Source: the human T2T-CHM13v2.0 reference genome, Homo sapiens. From it: 64,000 bases of DNA. Made by a program: the position numbers and the translations under genes. Positions 1 to 13,108 of this stretch are shown piece after piece. The notes under the pieces were generated by a model. That model searched no databases, had not been told where the DNA came from, and saw nothing but the letters and a program-made list of their open reading frames with translations. The stretch is taken from the NCBI RefSeq assembly GCF_009914755.1, contig NC_060926.1; one strand, written 5' to 3'. Every line of letters begins with the position of its first letter. Positions within the stretch are counted from its first letter, which is position 1.

Positions 1-366
1 CCAAAGGAGATTTACATTTGAGTCAGTGGGCTGAGAAAGGCAGACCCACCCTTAATCTGGGTGAGCACAATGTAATCAGCTGCCAGCGTGGCTAGGATAA
101 ATGCAGGCAGGAGAATGTGAAAAGACTAGACTGGCTTAGCCTCCTAGCCTACATCTTTTTCCTGTGCTGGATGCTTCCTGCCCTCAAACACTGGACTTCA
201 AGTTCTTCAGCTTTGGAATTCAGACTGGCTTCCTAGCTCCTTAGCTTGCAGATGGCCTATCATGGGACCTTGTGATCTTGTGAGTTTAATACTCCTTAAT
301 AAACTCCCCATTATATATCTATCTATCCTATTAGTTCTGTCCCTCTAGAGAACCCTGACTAATACA
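1..366 (+). mobile_element. MLT2A1/MLT2A2 (HERV-L) LTR, 5' part outside the window
   Basis: Matches remembered MLT2A consensus (ccaaaggagatt..catttgagtcagtgg..ggcagacccacccttaatctgg) and ends in the canonical ctagagaaccctgactaataca terminus at 366. Confidence 0.9.
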
Positions 367-839
367 CTCATGACAGACCATCTGAATGCTGTGTCCCTGG
401 CTCCCTAGTGCAGCTCCTGGAGAGGCTGGTGGTATGGCTCAGTCCAAGTCCAAAAGCCTCTGAACCAGGGATGCCTGGCAGTGCAGCCCCTAGTCTGATG
501 TCAAACCCTGAGAGCCCCCAGGAAGCTGCTGGTGCAAATCCCAGAGTCCAAAAGCCAAGGAACCTAGAGTCTGATGTCCAAGGGCAGGAGGAGAAAAAGA
601 CATCCTGCTTGGGAAGGGCGCTGGCTGAGCACTCCCCCTTTCCTCCCACTTTCTCCGAGATTGGCCCCCAGCCCACAAGACGGTGCTGCCCACATTGAAG
701 GCAGGTCTTCCTCCTGCAGTCTGCAGGCACATGCTCAGCCCTTGCTGGAAACACCCTCACAGACACACCCAGGAGCAGAGCTTCACCAGCTGTGTGGGCC
801 TCCCTCAGTGTCAGGCTGACATCTGTTACCAACCATCAC
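367..839 (-). mobile_element. Older MLT2B/C-type ERVL LTR, abutting and probably interrupted by the MLT2A LTR
   Basis: Reverse-complement MLT2 motifs: ggaaacaccctcacagacacacccagg, agtccaaaagccaaggaacctagagtctgatgtccaagggcagg, and terminal aaccatcac. Confidence 0.75.
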
Positions 840-1166
840 CTAGAGTGAGAAGAGTCCTGTGTGGCTCAGTGATTGAAGACTCAGTGCCTTGCCTGGCCCA
901 TCTCAAGGGTTTGCTGCATGTTGGCTGTTGTTATTAGCTTATTGGTTGATTCTTTCCTGCTCTCACAGTTTGTCTCCCTAAGATGTTGTGGGAGGCACGT
1001 GGAGGAGCTTGTGGGGGCACAGGTCCTCCTTGTGGGGGCACAGGTCTGCCTGACCCATTGGCTGGTGCACCCTCCCTATGGTGTATGTGCAGCTTGAGGC
1101 CAGGCAATAAGTACATGCAGCTGCACGTTGCTGTGAGTATAAGGCATTTAAGAAAAATCCTTTCTT

Positions 1167-1790
1167 GGCCAGGTATAGTGGCTCACACCTGTAATCCCAG
1201 CACTTTGGGAGGCCAAGGCAGGAGGATTGCCTGAGATCAGGAGTTTGGGACTAGCCTGGGCAACATATCGAGACCCTGTCTCTAAAATTTTTTTTTTTTT
1301 TAATTAGCTTGGCATGGTGGCACACACCTATTATTCCAGGTTATATTAGTCCATTTTCATGCTGCTGATAAAGACATACCTGAGACTGAGCAATTTACGA
1401 AAGAAAGAAATTTAACTGGACTTACAGTTCCATGTGGTTGGGGAAACCTCACAATCATGGCGGAAGGCAAGGAGGAGCAAGTCACATCTTACATGGATGG
1501 CAGCAGGTGAAAAATGAGAGTTTGTGCAGCAGATTGCTTCTTTTTAAAACCATCAGATCTTACGAGACTTATTCTCTATCATGAGAATAGCATGGGAAAA
1601 ACTTGCCCTCATGATTCAGTTACCTCCCACCAGGTCTCTCTCTCAACATGTGGGAATTCAAGATGAGATTTGGGTGGGGACACAGTCAAACCATATGACA
1701 CGTACTTTGGAGGCTGCAGTGAGCTCTGATCTTGCCACTGTACTCCAGCTTGGGTGACAGGGCAAGACCCTGTCTCTAAAAAAAAAAAAA
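1167..1790 (+). mobile_element. AluJ-like element interrupted by a THE1 LTR
   Basis: Left arm 1167-1341. Right-arm remainder 1699-1790 with A tail. About 40 bp of the right arm is deleted between ggaggctg microhomologies. Confidence 0.9.
1342..1698 (-). mobile_element. THE1 solo LTR (MaLR) inserted in the Alu
   Basis: Termini tatattagtcc...aaaccatatga. Degenerate 5-bp TSD caggt/cacgt corresponds to Alu cagct. Confidence 0.9.
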
Positions 1791-2334
1791 ATTCTGTCTT
1801 AGGCTGGTATATCATAGCCACTTTTCAAGACATTGAGAGGACATTTTTGGGCTATAGAGGAGGGTGGCCTTCTGGGCTATAAAAATAACTCTGTTATTTT
1901 TCTTTAATTCTCAGTTTTCTCATCTTAAAGTTGGGGCAACTAAGTGGCCCACGCCAGTGCTTCCTTAGGATCCCATGAGGTTATACACGCACACACAAAG
2001 CACAGGTCCCTGACTTTCGGAAGGTGCTTATGGCATCTCCATTATCCTCATTAGACCTGGTGCTTACCAGAGCTTTTGTCCTCTGAGAATTGGACTCACT
2101 TTGTAGGCATGGGGAGAGCCAGGAGAAATTCCTGTGTCGAGGCAACTATCCTACCATTTGTTGGCGGGGGTGGGGGGGGGGCGGTCATTTAGTTCAATAA
2201 AAGATGCAGAAAATCAGGGAAAAATGTTTGTTTGTTTTGCGGGTGGAGGTAAAGAATAATCATTCTTTATGTATTATTTCAAAATGAAAACCCTGCCCAG
2301 TGTTTAGAACACACACTTTTACCCACCTTTCTAG

Positions 2335-2368
2335 CTGGATGAGTTTTACCAGATGTCCTTAGGCAAAG
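2335..2368 (+). pseudogene. Candidate exon (34 nt, phase 0 to 1), LDEFYQMSLGK
   Basis: Acceptor acttttacccacctttctAG, donor aag|GTattt, open frame, phase joins the reconstructed exon at 4537. Confidence 0.4.
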
Positions 2369-4536
2369 GTATTTTATGGCAGGATTGTTTGTGGTAGGAC
2401 TCACCTGCAGAATTTAGATATTCTCTTAAAGCAAAAATCTGTTGCTTTTTTTTTTTGCCTCCTGCTAATTCTGCTAATTGATAAGCTAAAGATGTTTCTG
2501 GGTGGGAGGCTCCATTCTGTGTTTTCTAAGCAGCTCTGGGCACTTTAATTCTTTGTTGTTTTTGGAGGATTTATGTATATACATACATATACACAGAAAC
2601 ATATGCATGTATATGTATATTCTACCATAAACAGTGTGGAAATTATTAGTGCATATTGTTTAAAGTCTTCAGAATTAAACCCCTTTTGCAGCTCTGTACA
2701 CACACTGATGTTAAGCTGGGCAGTGGTTTTCTGAACGAGGCCTCCTAGCAAACCATTTTCACCCTTCCTCCTTTCACTTCTTCATAACAATATCTATTCA
2801 GATCATTTCGGGAACTGTAAGAAATCTCTTTATCTATTGGACTACTATAATTAGATAATCATGTGTTTTACCCACGTGCCTTATATCTGGTCTTTAACTC
2901 ACAAATACTTGTCATGTCCATATTTCAATTTGACTTTTCTTACTTAATTTTTATCATAAAATTTGTCAAAGATGAGTTCTTGGCTGAACTGGATCACAGC
3001 CCTTCTAGTAAATAAAAAGTCATTTCTGTTTTCCTGCTTACAGATCCTAGACTATAGCAGTCATTCCTCATATTATTTTAGAGTCATTGTGTTGAGCTGA
3101 CAACTGTAAATTAATGTAGAGGCTGAGACATACTACAAGCTAATGATGTTGAAAGTGTATGTTAAACCATGGAGACAGTATAGCAATTTTGGACTAATAA
3201 CCATTCTAGCTGGAGTGAGAAACGTTCTTCCTAACTAAGAAAGTTCTGTCATTTTTACCTAATGAGAATAAGGAAGCTGGACGCTGAGCTTCTTATAATT
3301 AATGGGATGAGGACCGGAGTGATGCGGGTCCGCTCTCAGTGTGCGCGTGTGCTATGCGACTCCCTTCTCAAAGATCCAGGATTAATAGCTGCCTTCTGGC
3401 TGTTCCCTGAACGTGCCGTGTGTTTTCACATCCCCTACATTTGCTCGTGCTCTTCTATTAGGAAGCTCTTTTCCCCTGCTCCTTTGACTGGTCAAAACCT
3501 ACTTGCCCTTTGAGGCTGCCTCAGACCCTATCTCCTTTGTGCCAGTTGTGTGTTTCTGGACAATGTTGTTTGTATTTCAACCGGGTTTTCACCAGACAGA
3601 GCCTGCCTCACTAGGAATGTGCCTGTCTCCTGCTCCTGAACTCTTTATTTATTATTATTTATTTCTACCCCGGCTCGTTAGAGACAGGATCAGAGCTATA
3701 GGCAGGCTGTGGGTCCCGTGCATGCAGGGCCTTCCTCGTCCCTGCATGACCCAGCGTCGGGGCCTGGCACCCTCAGTGCTTGTTAAGGCTCTGACGTGCA
3801 TACGCATGGTCGCTTTCCGGAGCCTCATTTTCTGGCAAAATTGTTAAGACAGAACAGGTTGACCATCCGTTTAAAACCCTATGCATAAACAACCAGTAGC
3901 TGATTCTATTTTTAAAACCCTTCAAATATCTTTTGTTTCTAGACTAAATGACAAATGGTTATGGATTAAATACAGGAAGGCAAGACATCAAGGGAAATTC
4001 CCTTTAAGCCAACCAGATTGTCATAGATTAATTGGTGCCACTTGGTGTCAAGTCAACTCTATAGCAATTGGGTGGTCCACTTGGAGTAAAATTCACTGGG
4101 CTAAATTTAATGTTTAGAGAACAGACATGCCATTCCTGTTTGTTTTAGTAAAGGTTACTGTCATATATCTCATGGCAGGACTTTGCCCATGGGATCTTAT
4201 TATTTTTGAAGTATTTTTAGTGTTAATTTTTTTTTACCCACCTGGAGATAATATCCTGAAAGGAAAGAATATTTTCTCATTCAATGGCCCAAAATGAGTA
4301 CAGATCACATGGAAGGAGGGCTATTACCTAAAAAATGTTCTAAGGTTATTTTGGTTATTTGGGAAAAAATATGAAAAGTAAAGATATAGAAACATAATAG
4401 GTATAATAACCAGGTAATAATACAAAATTAAAACACTTTGGATTTTATCTTGTTTTGAAGCTTTATCAACTATTTCCCTGGTATGTACAGCATACAATAG
4501 CAATTAAAAATATCTTAGTATGATTTCTTTTATAAG

Positions 4537-4601
4537 GTACAAATATATATCGTATTCAGAAAAATGAAGAGTTTGAGATGACAGTCTGTGATTTTTCTAA
4601 T
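4537..4601 (+). pseudogene. 5' half of a candidate exon split by an L1 (G-TNIYRIQKNEEFEMTVCDFSN)
   Basis: Acceptor tgatttcttttataAG. Frame is open up to the L1 TSD tgatttttctaat. Confidence 0.5.
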
Positions 4602-6984
4602 TTTTTTCTTCAACTTTTAAGTTCAGGGGTACATGTGCAGGATGTGCAGGTTTTTTCCACAGGTAAACATGTGCCATGGTGGTTTGTGGCACAAATCATC
4701 CCATCTCCTAGGTATTAAGCCCAGCACCCATTAGCTATTCTTCCTGATGCTCTCCCTCCCGTCTCAGCCACCCTCCAACAGACCCCAGTGTGTGTTGTTT
4801 CCCCACTATGTGTCCATGTGTTGTCATCATTCAGCTCCCACTTATAAGTGAGAACGTGTGGTGTTTGGTTTTCTGGTCATGTGTTAGTTAGCCAAGGGTA
4901 ACAGCTTCCAACTCTATCCATGTCCCTGCAGAGGACATGATCTCTTTCCTTTTAATGGCTGCATAGCATTCCATGGTGTATATGTACCACATTTTCTTTT
5001 TCCAGTCTACCATTGATGGGCATTTAAGTTGATTCCATGTCTTTGCTATTGTGAATAGTGCTGCAAGAAATATATGTGTGCATATATCTTTATAATACAA
5101 TGATCTATATTCCTTTGGGCATATATCCAGTAATGGGATTGCTGGGTCAAATGTATTTCTGTCTCTAGGTCTTTGAGGAATCACCACAGTCTTCCACAAT
5201 GGCTGAACTGATTTACACTCTCACCAACAGTGTAAAAGTATTCCTTTTTCCTTGCAACCTCACCAGCATCTGTTGTTTTTTGACTTTTTAATAGTAGCCA
5301 TTCTGATGGTGTGAGATGGTATCTCATTGTGGTTTTGATTTGCGTTTCTCTAATGATCAGTGTTGAGCTTTTTTTCACATGCTTGTTGACTACATGTATA
5401 TCTTCTTTTGAGAAGTGTCTGTTCATGTACTTTGCCTACTTTGATGGTTTTTTTTTCTTGTAAATTTGTTTTAGTTTCTTGTCAACTCTGGATGTTAGAC
5501 TTTTGTTAGATGCATAGATTGCAAAAATGTTCTCCCATTCTGTAGGTTGTCTGTTCACTCTGATGATAGTTTCTTTTTCTGTACAGAAGCTCTTTGGTTT
5601 AATTAGATCCCATTTGTCAATTTTGGTTTTTGTTGCAACTGCTTTTGGTGTTTTCATCATGAAATCTTTGCCCGTGCCTATGTCCTGAATGTTATTGCCT
5701 AGATTTTCTTCTAGGGTTCTTATGGTTTTGGGTTTTACATTTAAGTCTTTAATCCATCTTGAGTTAATTTTTGTATAAGGTGTAAGGAAGGGGTCCAGTT
5801 TCTGTTTTCTGCATATGGCTAGCCAGTTTTCCAAGCACCATTTACTGAATAGGAGATCCTTTCCCCATTGCTTGTTTTTGTCAGGTTTGTTGAAGATCAG
5901 ATGTTTGTAGGTGTGTCCTTGTAGGTCTTATTTCTGAGTTCTCTATTCTTTTCCATTGGTCTATATGTCTGTTCTTGTATTGTAACCATGCCGTTCTGGT
6001 TACTGTAGTCCTGTAGCATAGCTTGAAGTCAGGTAGTGTGATGCCTCCAGCTTTGTTCTTTTTGCTTAGGATTGTCTTGGCTATTCAGGCACATTTTTGG
6101 TTTCATATGAGTTTTAAAATAGTTTTTTCTAATTCTGAGAAGAATTTCAATGGTAGTTTAATTGCAATAGCATTGAATCTATAAATCACTTTGGGCAGTA
6201 TGGCCATTTTCACAATATTGATTCTTTCTGTCCGTGAGCATGGAATGTTTTTCCATTTGTTTGTGTCCTCTCTTATTTCCTTGAGCAGTGACTAGTTCTC
6301 CTTGAAGAGGTTTTTCACATCCCTTGTTAGATGTATTCCTAGGTATTTTATTCTTTTTTGGCAATTGTGAATGGGAGTTCATTCACGATTTGGCTTTTGG
6401 CTTGCCTGTTGTTGGTGTATAAGAATGCTAGTGATTTTTGAACGTTGACTTTGTATCCTGAGACTTTGCCAAAGTTGCTTATCAGCTTAAGAAGCTTTTG
6501 GGTTGAGATGATGGGGTTTTCTATAATAGATACAGGGTCATTTTATCTGCAAATAAAGATAGTTTGACTTCCTCTTTTCCTATTTGAATATGCTTTATGT
6601 CTTTCTGTTGCCTGATTGCCCTGGCCAGAACTTCTAATACCATGTTGAATAGGAGTGGTGAGAGAGGGCACACTTGGCTTGTCACTGTTTTCAAGGTGAA
6701 TGCTTCCAGCTTTTGCCCATTCAGTATGATATTGGCTATGGGTTTGTCATATATGGCTCTTATTATTTTGAGATGTGTTCCTTCAATATCTAGTTCATTG
6801 AGGGTTTTTAACATGAAGGGGTGTTGAATTTTACCAAAGGCCTTTTCTGCATCTATTGAGAGAATCATGTGGTTTTTGTGTTAGTTCTCTTTATGTGATG
6901 AATCACATTTATTGATTTGCATATGTTGAACCAACCTTGCATCCCAGGGATGAAGCCAACTTGATTGATCTGGATAAGCTTTTT

Positions 6985-7380
6985 TTTTTCCAATACATTT
7001 TTGGGGAACAGGTGGAATTTGGTTACATTAATAAGTTCTTTCACAGTGATTTCTGAGATTTTGGTGCACCCATCATCTGAGAAGTGTGCACTGTACCCCA
7101 TGTGTAGTCTTTTATCGCTCATTCCCCTCCTATGCTTCCCCCTGAGTCCCCAAAGCCCACTGTATCATTCTTATGCTTTTGCATTCTCATAGCTTAGGAC
7201 CCTCTTATGAGTGAGAACATATGATGTTTGGTTTTTCATTCCTGAGTTACTTCATTTAGAATAACGGTCTTCAATTCCATCCAGGTTCCTCAATGGTCTT
7301 CAATTCTATCCAGATTGCTGTGAATGCTATGATTTCATTCCTTTTTATGGCTGAGTAGTATTCCATGGTATATGTGTGTG
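6985..7380 (-). mobile_element. L1PB 3' end fragment (distal end of the nested insertion)
   Basis: Diagnostic ttttggggaacaggtgg..gatttctgagattttggtgcacccatca 3' UTR. Nested block is flanked by aagctttt at ~6977 and 13110. Confidence 0.8.
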
Positions 7381-8650
7381 TATATATTTATGGGGTACAT
7401 GAAATGTTTTAATACAGGCATGCAATGCATAATAATCACATCATGGAGAATGGGGTATCCATCCCCTCAAGCATTTATTCTTTGTGTAATTAACAGTACA
7501 ATTATACTTTTTAAGTTATTTTAAAATGTACAGTTATTATTGACTGTATTCACCCGGTTGTGGTATCAAATAGTAGGTCTTACTCCTTCTAGCTTTTATT
7601 TGGTACCCATTAACAATCCCCACTTCTCCTCCACCCTCTAATACCCTTCCTAGCTTCTGACAATTATTCTTCTATTCTCTATGTCCATGAGTTCAATTGT
7701 TTAGATTTTTAGATCCCACAAATAAGTGAGAATATGTGATTTTTCTCTTTCTGTGCCTGGTTTATTTCATTTAACATAATGACCTCCAGTTCCATCTGTG
7801 TTGTTGAAAATGACAGAATCTCATTCTTTTTTTATGGCTGAATAGTTCTCTATTGTGAATATGTACCACATTTTCTTTACCCATTCATCTGTTGATGGAC
7901 ACTTAGGTTGCTTCCAAATCTTGGCTATTGTGAACCATGCTGCAACAAACATGGGAGTAAAGATATCTCTTTGCTATACTGATTTCTTTTCTTTTGAGTG
8001 TATACTCAGTAGGGAGATTGCTGGATCATATGGTACCTCTATTTTTAGTTTTTTTGAGGAACCTCCAAACTATTCTTCCTTGTAGCTGTGCTAATTTACA
8101 TTCCCACCAACAGTGTATGAGGGTTCCCTTTTCTCCACATCCTTGCCAGCATTTGTTATTGCTCATCTTTTGCATAGAAGCTATTTCAACTGGGGTGAGG
8201 TGATATCTCATTGTAGTTTTGACTTGCATTTCTCTGATGATCAATGATGCTCAGCACCTTTTCATATGCCTGTTTGCCATTTGTATATCTTCTTTTAAAA
8301 ATGTCTATTCAGATCTTTTGCTCATTTTTAAATTGGATTACTAGACTTTTTATAGAGTTGTTTGAGCTTCTTCTATATTCTAGTTATTAATACCTCATCA
8401 GATGAGTTGTTTGCAAATATTTTCTACCATTCTGTGGGTTGTCTCTTCCCTTTGTTGACCGTATCCTTTGCTGTGCAGAAGCTTTTTACTTGATGTGACC
8501 CCATTTGTCCATTTTTGCCTTCATTGCCTATGCTTGTTGGGTATTACTCAGGAAATTTTTGCCCAGGCCAATGTCCTGGATGGAGAGTTCTTCCAATGTT
8601 TTCTTGTAGCAGTTTCATAGTCTTAGATCTTAGATTTAAGTCTTTAATCT
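7381..8650 (-). mobile_element. L1MA1/2-like 3' fragment
   Basis: 3' UTR tatggggtacatga..caggcatgcaatgcataataatcacatcatggagaatggggtatccatcccctcaagcattta followed by ORF2 C-terminal remnants. Confidence 0.75.
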
Positions 8651-8653
8651 ATG

Positions 8654-11600
8654 TTTTATTTCAATAGGCTTTTGGGAAACAAGTGGTGTTTGGTTACGTG
8701 AATAAGTTTTTTAGTGGCGATTTCTGAGATTTTGGTGCACCCATCACCCAAGCAGTGTACACTGTACCCAATGTGTGGTCTTTTATCCCTCACACCCCTC
8801 TCATGCCACTCCCAGAGTCCCCAGCCCACTGTATTATTCTTAGGCTTTTCTGTCCTCATAGCTTAGCTCCCACTTATAAGTGAGAGCATATGATGTTTGG
8901 TTTTCCATTCCTGAGTTACTTCACTTAGAATAATGGTCTCCAATTCTATCCAGGCTGCTGCAAATGCCATTATGTTATTCTTTTTTATGGCTGAGTAGTA
9001 TTCCTTGGTGTGTGTGTGTGTATTGTGTGTATATATATGTATATATACCACATTTTCTTTATCCACTCGTTGATTGATGGGCATTTGGCATGGTTCCATA
9101 TTTTTGCAATTGGAAGTTGTGCTGCTATAAACATGCATGTACAAGTATCTTTTTCATATAATGACTTCTTTTCCTGTGGGTAGATGCCCAGTAGTGGGAT
9201 TGCTGGATCAAATGGTAGTTCTCCTTTTAGTTCTTTAAGGAATCTCCACACTGTTTTTCACAGTGGTTGCACTAATTTACATTCCCACCAGCAGTGTAGA
9301 AGTGTCCCCTTTTCACCACATCCATGCCAACATCTATTATGTATTGATGTTTTTGATTATGGCCATTCTTGCAGGAGTAAGGTGGTATCGTATTGTGATT
9401 TTGATTTGCATTTCCCTGATAATTAGTGATCTTGAGCATTTTTTCATATGTTTGTTGACCATTTGTATGTCTTCTTTTGAGAATCGTCTATTCATGTCCT
9501 TAGCCCACTTCTTGATGGGATTGTTTTTTTTTTTCTTGCTGATTTGTTTGAGTTTTTTGTAGATTCTGGATATCAGTCCTTTGTCAGGTATACAGATTGC
9601 AAAGATTTTCTCCCACACTGTAGGTTGCCTGTTTATTCTGCTGAGTATTTTTTTGCTATGCAGAAGATTTTTAGTCTAATTAAGTTACATCTATTTGTCT
9701 TTGTTTTTGTTGCATTTCCTTTTGCGTTCTTGGTCATGAAGTCTTTGCCTAATCCAGTGTTTAGAAGGGTTTTTCCAATGTTATTTTCTAGATTTTTTTA
9801 TGGTTTCAGGTCTTACATTTAAGTATTTGATCCATCTTGAGTTGATTTTTTTTTTATAAGGTGAGAGATAAGCATCCAGCTTCATTCTTCTATATGTGGC
9901 TTGCCAATTATCCCAGCACCATTTGTTGAATAAGGTGTCCTTTCCCCACTTTATGTTTCTGTTTGCTTTGTCAAAGATCAGTTGGCTGTAAGTATTTGGC
10001 TTTATTTACGGGTTCTCTATTCTGTTCCATTAGTCTATCTGCCTATTTTTATACCAGTAGCCTTGAACGGTCTTTTGCATTTCTGTGGTATCGGTTGTAA
10101 TATCTCCCATTTCCCTTCTAATTGAGCTTATTTGGATCTCGCTCTTCTTTTTTTGGTTAATCCTACTACTGGTCTATCCATTTTATTTATCTTTTCAAAG
10201 AACCAGCTTTTCATTTTATTTATCATTTGTATTTTTTGTTTCAATTTCATTTAGTTCTGTTCTCATCTTGATTGTTTCTTTTCTTCTGCTGAGTTTGAGT
10301 TTGGTTTGTTTCTCTAAATCCTTGAGGTGTGGCCTTAGATTTTCCATTTGTGGTTTTTCAGACTTTTTGATGCGGTCAATGCTGTAAACACTCCTCCTAG
10401 CACCACTTTTGCTGTATCCCAGAGGTTTTGATAGGTTGTGTTACTATCATCATTCAGTTCAAAACATTTTTAAATTTCCAACTTGATTTTTTAAAATATT
10501 ATTATTACCAAGTTTATTTTCGTTGTCTCAAGGTCTGCTGAACTCTGGATCCAGGCTGTCTCAGTAGGGTAGTGTGGTACTTCCTGTACCTATCTCTGCT
10601 GCCTATAGTCGTTTTCATTTATTATGTTTTCCTGTTGGACTAATCCCTTTATCCTTATATAATGTCCATCTTTGTCTTTTTTAGCTGCTGTGGCTTTAAA
10701 GTTTGTTTTGTCTAAAAATAGCTACTTCTACTCACTTTTGGTGTCCATTTGCATGGAATATCTTTTTCCACTTCTTTGCCTTACATTTATGTGAATCCTT
10801 ATGTGTCAGGTGAGTCTCTTGAAGACAGCAAGTACAGGTTGGTGAACTCTTATCCATTTTGCCATTCTGTATCTTTTAAGTGGGAGCATTTAGGCCACTT
10901 ATGTTCAATGTTAGTATTGAGATATAAGGTACTATCCTATTCATTGTATTATTTGTTGCCTGAATACTTTGGTTTTCTCATTGTGTTGTTTTATAGGTCC
11001 TGTGAGATTTATATTTTAAGGAGTTTTTTTTTGGTGTATTTCCAGGGTTTGTTTCAAGATTTGGAGCTCCTTTTAGCAGTTCTTGTAGTGCTGCCTTGGT
11101 AGTGGCAAATTCTCTCAGCATTCATTTGTCTGAAAAAGACTATATCTTTCCTTCATTTATGAAGCTTAGTTTCACTGGATACAAAATTCTTGGCTGATAC
11201 TTGTTTTGTTTAAGGAGGCTAAAGATAGAACTCCAATCCCTTCTAGCTTGTAGGATTTCGGCTGAGAAATCTGCTGTAAATTGGATAGGTTTTCCTTTAT
11301 AGCTTATCTGATGCTTTTGAGTTATGGCTCTTAAGATTCTTTCCTTCATCTTGACTTTAGATAACCTGATGACTTTGTGCCTACGCAATGATCTTTTTGT
11401 GATGAATTTCCCAAGTGTTCTTTGAGCTTCTTGTATTTGGATGTCTAGATCTCTAGCAATGCCAGGTAAGTTTTCCTCAATTATTCCCTTAAATATGTTT
11501 TTCAAGCTTTTAGATTTCTCTTCTTCCTCAGGCACACCAGTTATTCTCAGGTTTGGTTGTTTAATCCCAAACTTCTTCGAGGCTTTGTTCATTATTTTTG

Positions 11601-13108
11601 ATTTTTTTACTTGTCTTTGTCAGATTGTGTTACCTTGAAAGCCTTATATTCAAACTCTGAAGCTCTTTCTTCCGCTTGTTTGATTCTATTGCTGAGACTT
11701 TCCAGTGCATTTTGCGGTTCTCTACATGTGTCCTTAATTTCCAGAAGTTGTGATTGTTTTTTATTTATGCTATTTTACTGGAGATTTTTACATTCATGTC
11801 CTGTATAACCTTTTTGGTATCTTCAAGTTGGACTTCACCTTTCTCTGGTGCTTGCTTGATAAGCTTAATAGTTGACCTTCTGAATTCTTTTTCTGGTAAT
11901 TCAGAGATTTTGTGTTGGTTTGGATCCATTGCTGGTGAGCTAGTGTAAATTTTTGGGGATATTAAAGAACCTTGTTTTGTCATACTACCGGAATTGTTTT
12001 TCCGGTTCCTTTTCATTTGGGTAGACTCTGTCAGAGGGATTTGGGACTCAAGGACTGCTGTTCAGATTATTTTGTCCCACAGGGCACTCCTTTGATGTGG
12101 TGTTCTCCCCTTTTCCCTCGTGATGGGGCTTACTGAGAGCCAAACTGTAGTAATTGTTATTTCTCTTCTGGATCTAGCCACCCAGCAGAGCTATTGGGCT
12201 CTGGGCTGGCACTGGGGAGTGTCTGCAAAGAGTCCTGTGATGTCATCTGTCTTCAGTTCTCTCAGCTGTGGATACCAGCACCTGCTCTGGTGAAGGTAGC
12301 AGGGAGGTAAAGTGGACTCCGTGAAGATCTTTGGTTGCAGTTTTGTTAAGTGCACAGGATTTGTGTTGGTTGTCCTCCAACCAGGAGGTGGCATTTTCAA
12401 GAGTGTATCAGCTGGGGTTGTACAGGGAGGAAACAAGTTTGCCCTAGGTTTGCCTTTGGGTAAGTATTCAGTTTTCTCAGGTGGTGAGCAGGGCCATAGA
12501 GCTCCCAAGATATTATGTTTTTTGTCTTTAGCTACCCAGGGCAGGTAGAGAAAGACCATCAGGTAGGGGCAGGGTTAGGCATGTCTGAGCTCAGATTTTT
12601 TTGGGGTGGGGCTTGCTGCAGCTGCTGTGGGAAGATGGGGGTGTGGTTCTCAGGTCACTGGAGTTATGTTCCCAGGGTGATTATGGCTGCCTCTGAGGCA
12701 TCACACAGGTCGTCAGGGAAGTGGGGGAAAGCTGGCAGCCATTGGACTGACCCTGCTCCCATGCAGCCTGCAACTTGAAAGGCCAGTCTCATTCCCATTG
12801 TGCCCCGCCAATATCACCTAATTTATTTCCAGGCAGCTGGTGAGCAGGGCAGAGAACTTGTCCCAGGCTACCAGCCTCCCAGCTGAGAAAGCAAGAAGAC
12901 TCACAGTTCCTCGGCTGTCCCACAGAGACTGTAGCAGCAATCCACCTCCTTCAAAGGGTCTGTGGATTCTCTTGGCTTTCCTGGTATGTTCCTGCGGTAG
13001 TTCTTGGAGCAAAAGTTTACAGTGTGGGTCTCCACATGCTGCTGTCCATTCGAGTGGGAGCTGCAAGTTAGTCCTGTTTCTGATCTGCCATTTTCCCCAG
13101 AAGTCTAA
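8654..13108 (-). mobile_element. L1PB1/L1PBa with 5' UTR, ORF1 and internally deleted ORF2
   Basis: L1PB 3' UTR at 8654, ORF2 jump at ~10062, ORF1 pieces 11140-12016, L1PBa-type 5' end gagtgggagctgcaagttagtcctg..tctgccatttt. Confidence 0.85.
10486..10605 (-). other. Non-L1 insert resembling an mRNA 3' end, replacing part of the L1PB
   Basis: No L1 similarity. Minus-strand AATAAA (tttatt 10513-10518) followed by an A-rich run. The L1 sequence on either side is discontinuous. Confidence 0.5.

Noticed and set aside
2060-4330. Several minus-strand donor matches (~2066, 2098, 2326, 2405, 4242)
   Set aside because: Could not be linked into a consistent exon chain or frame; such motifs arise often by chance
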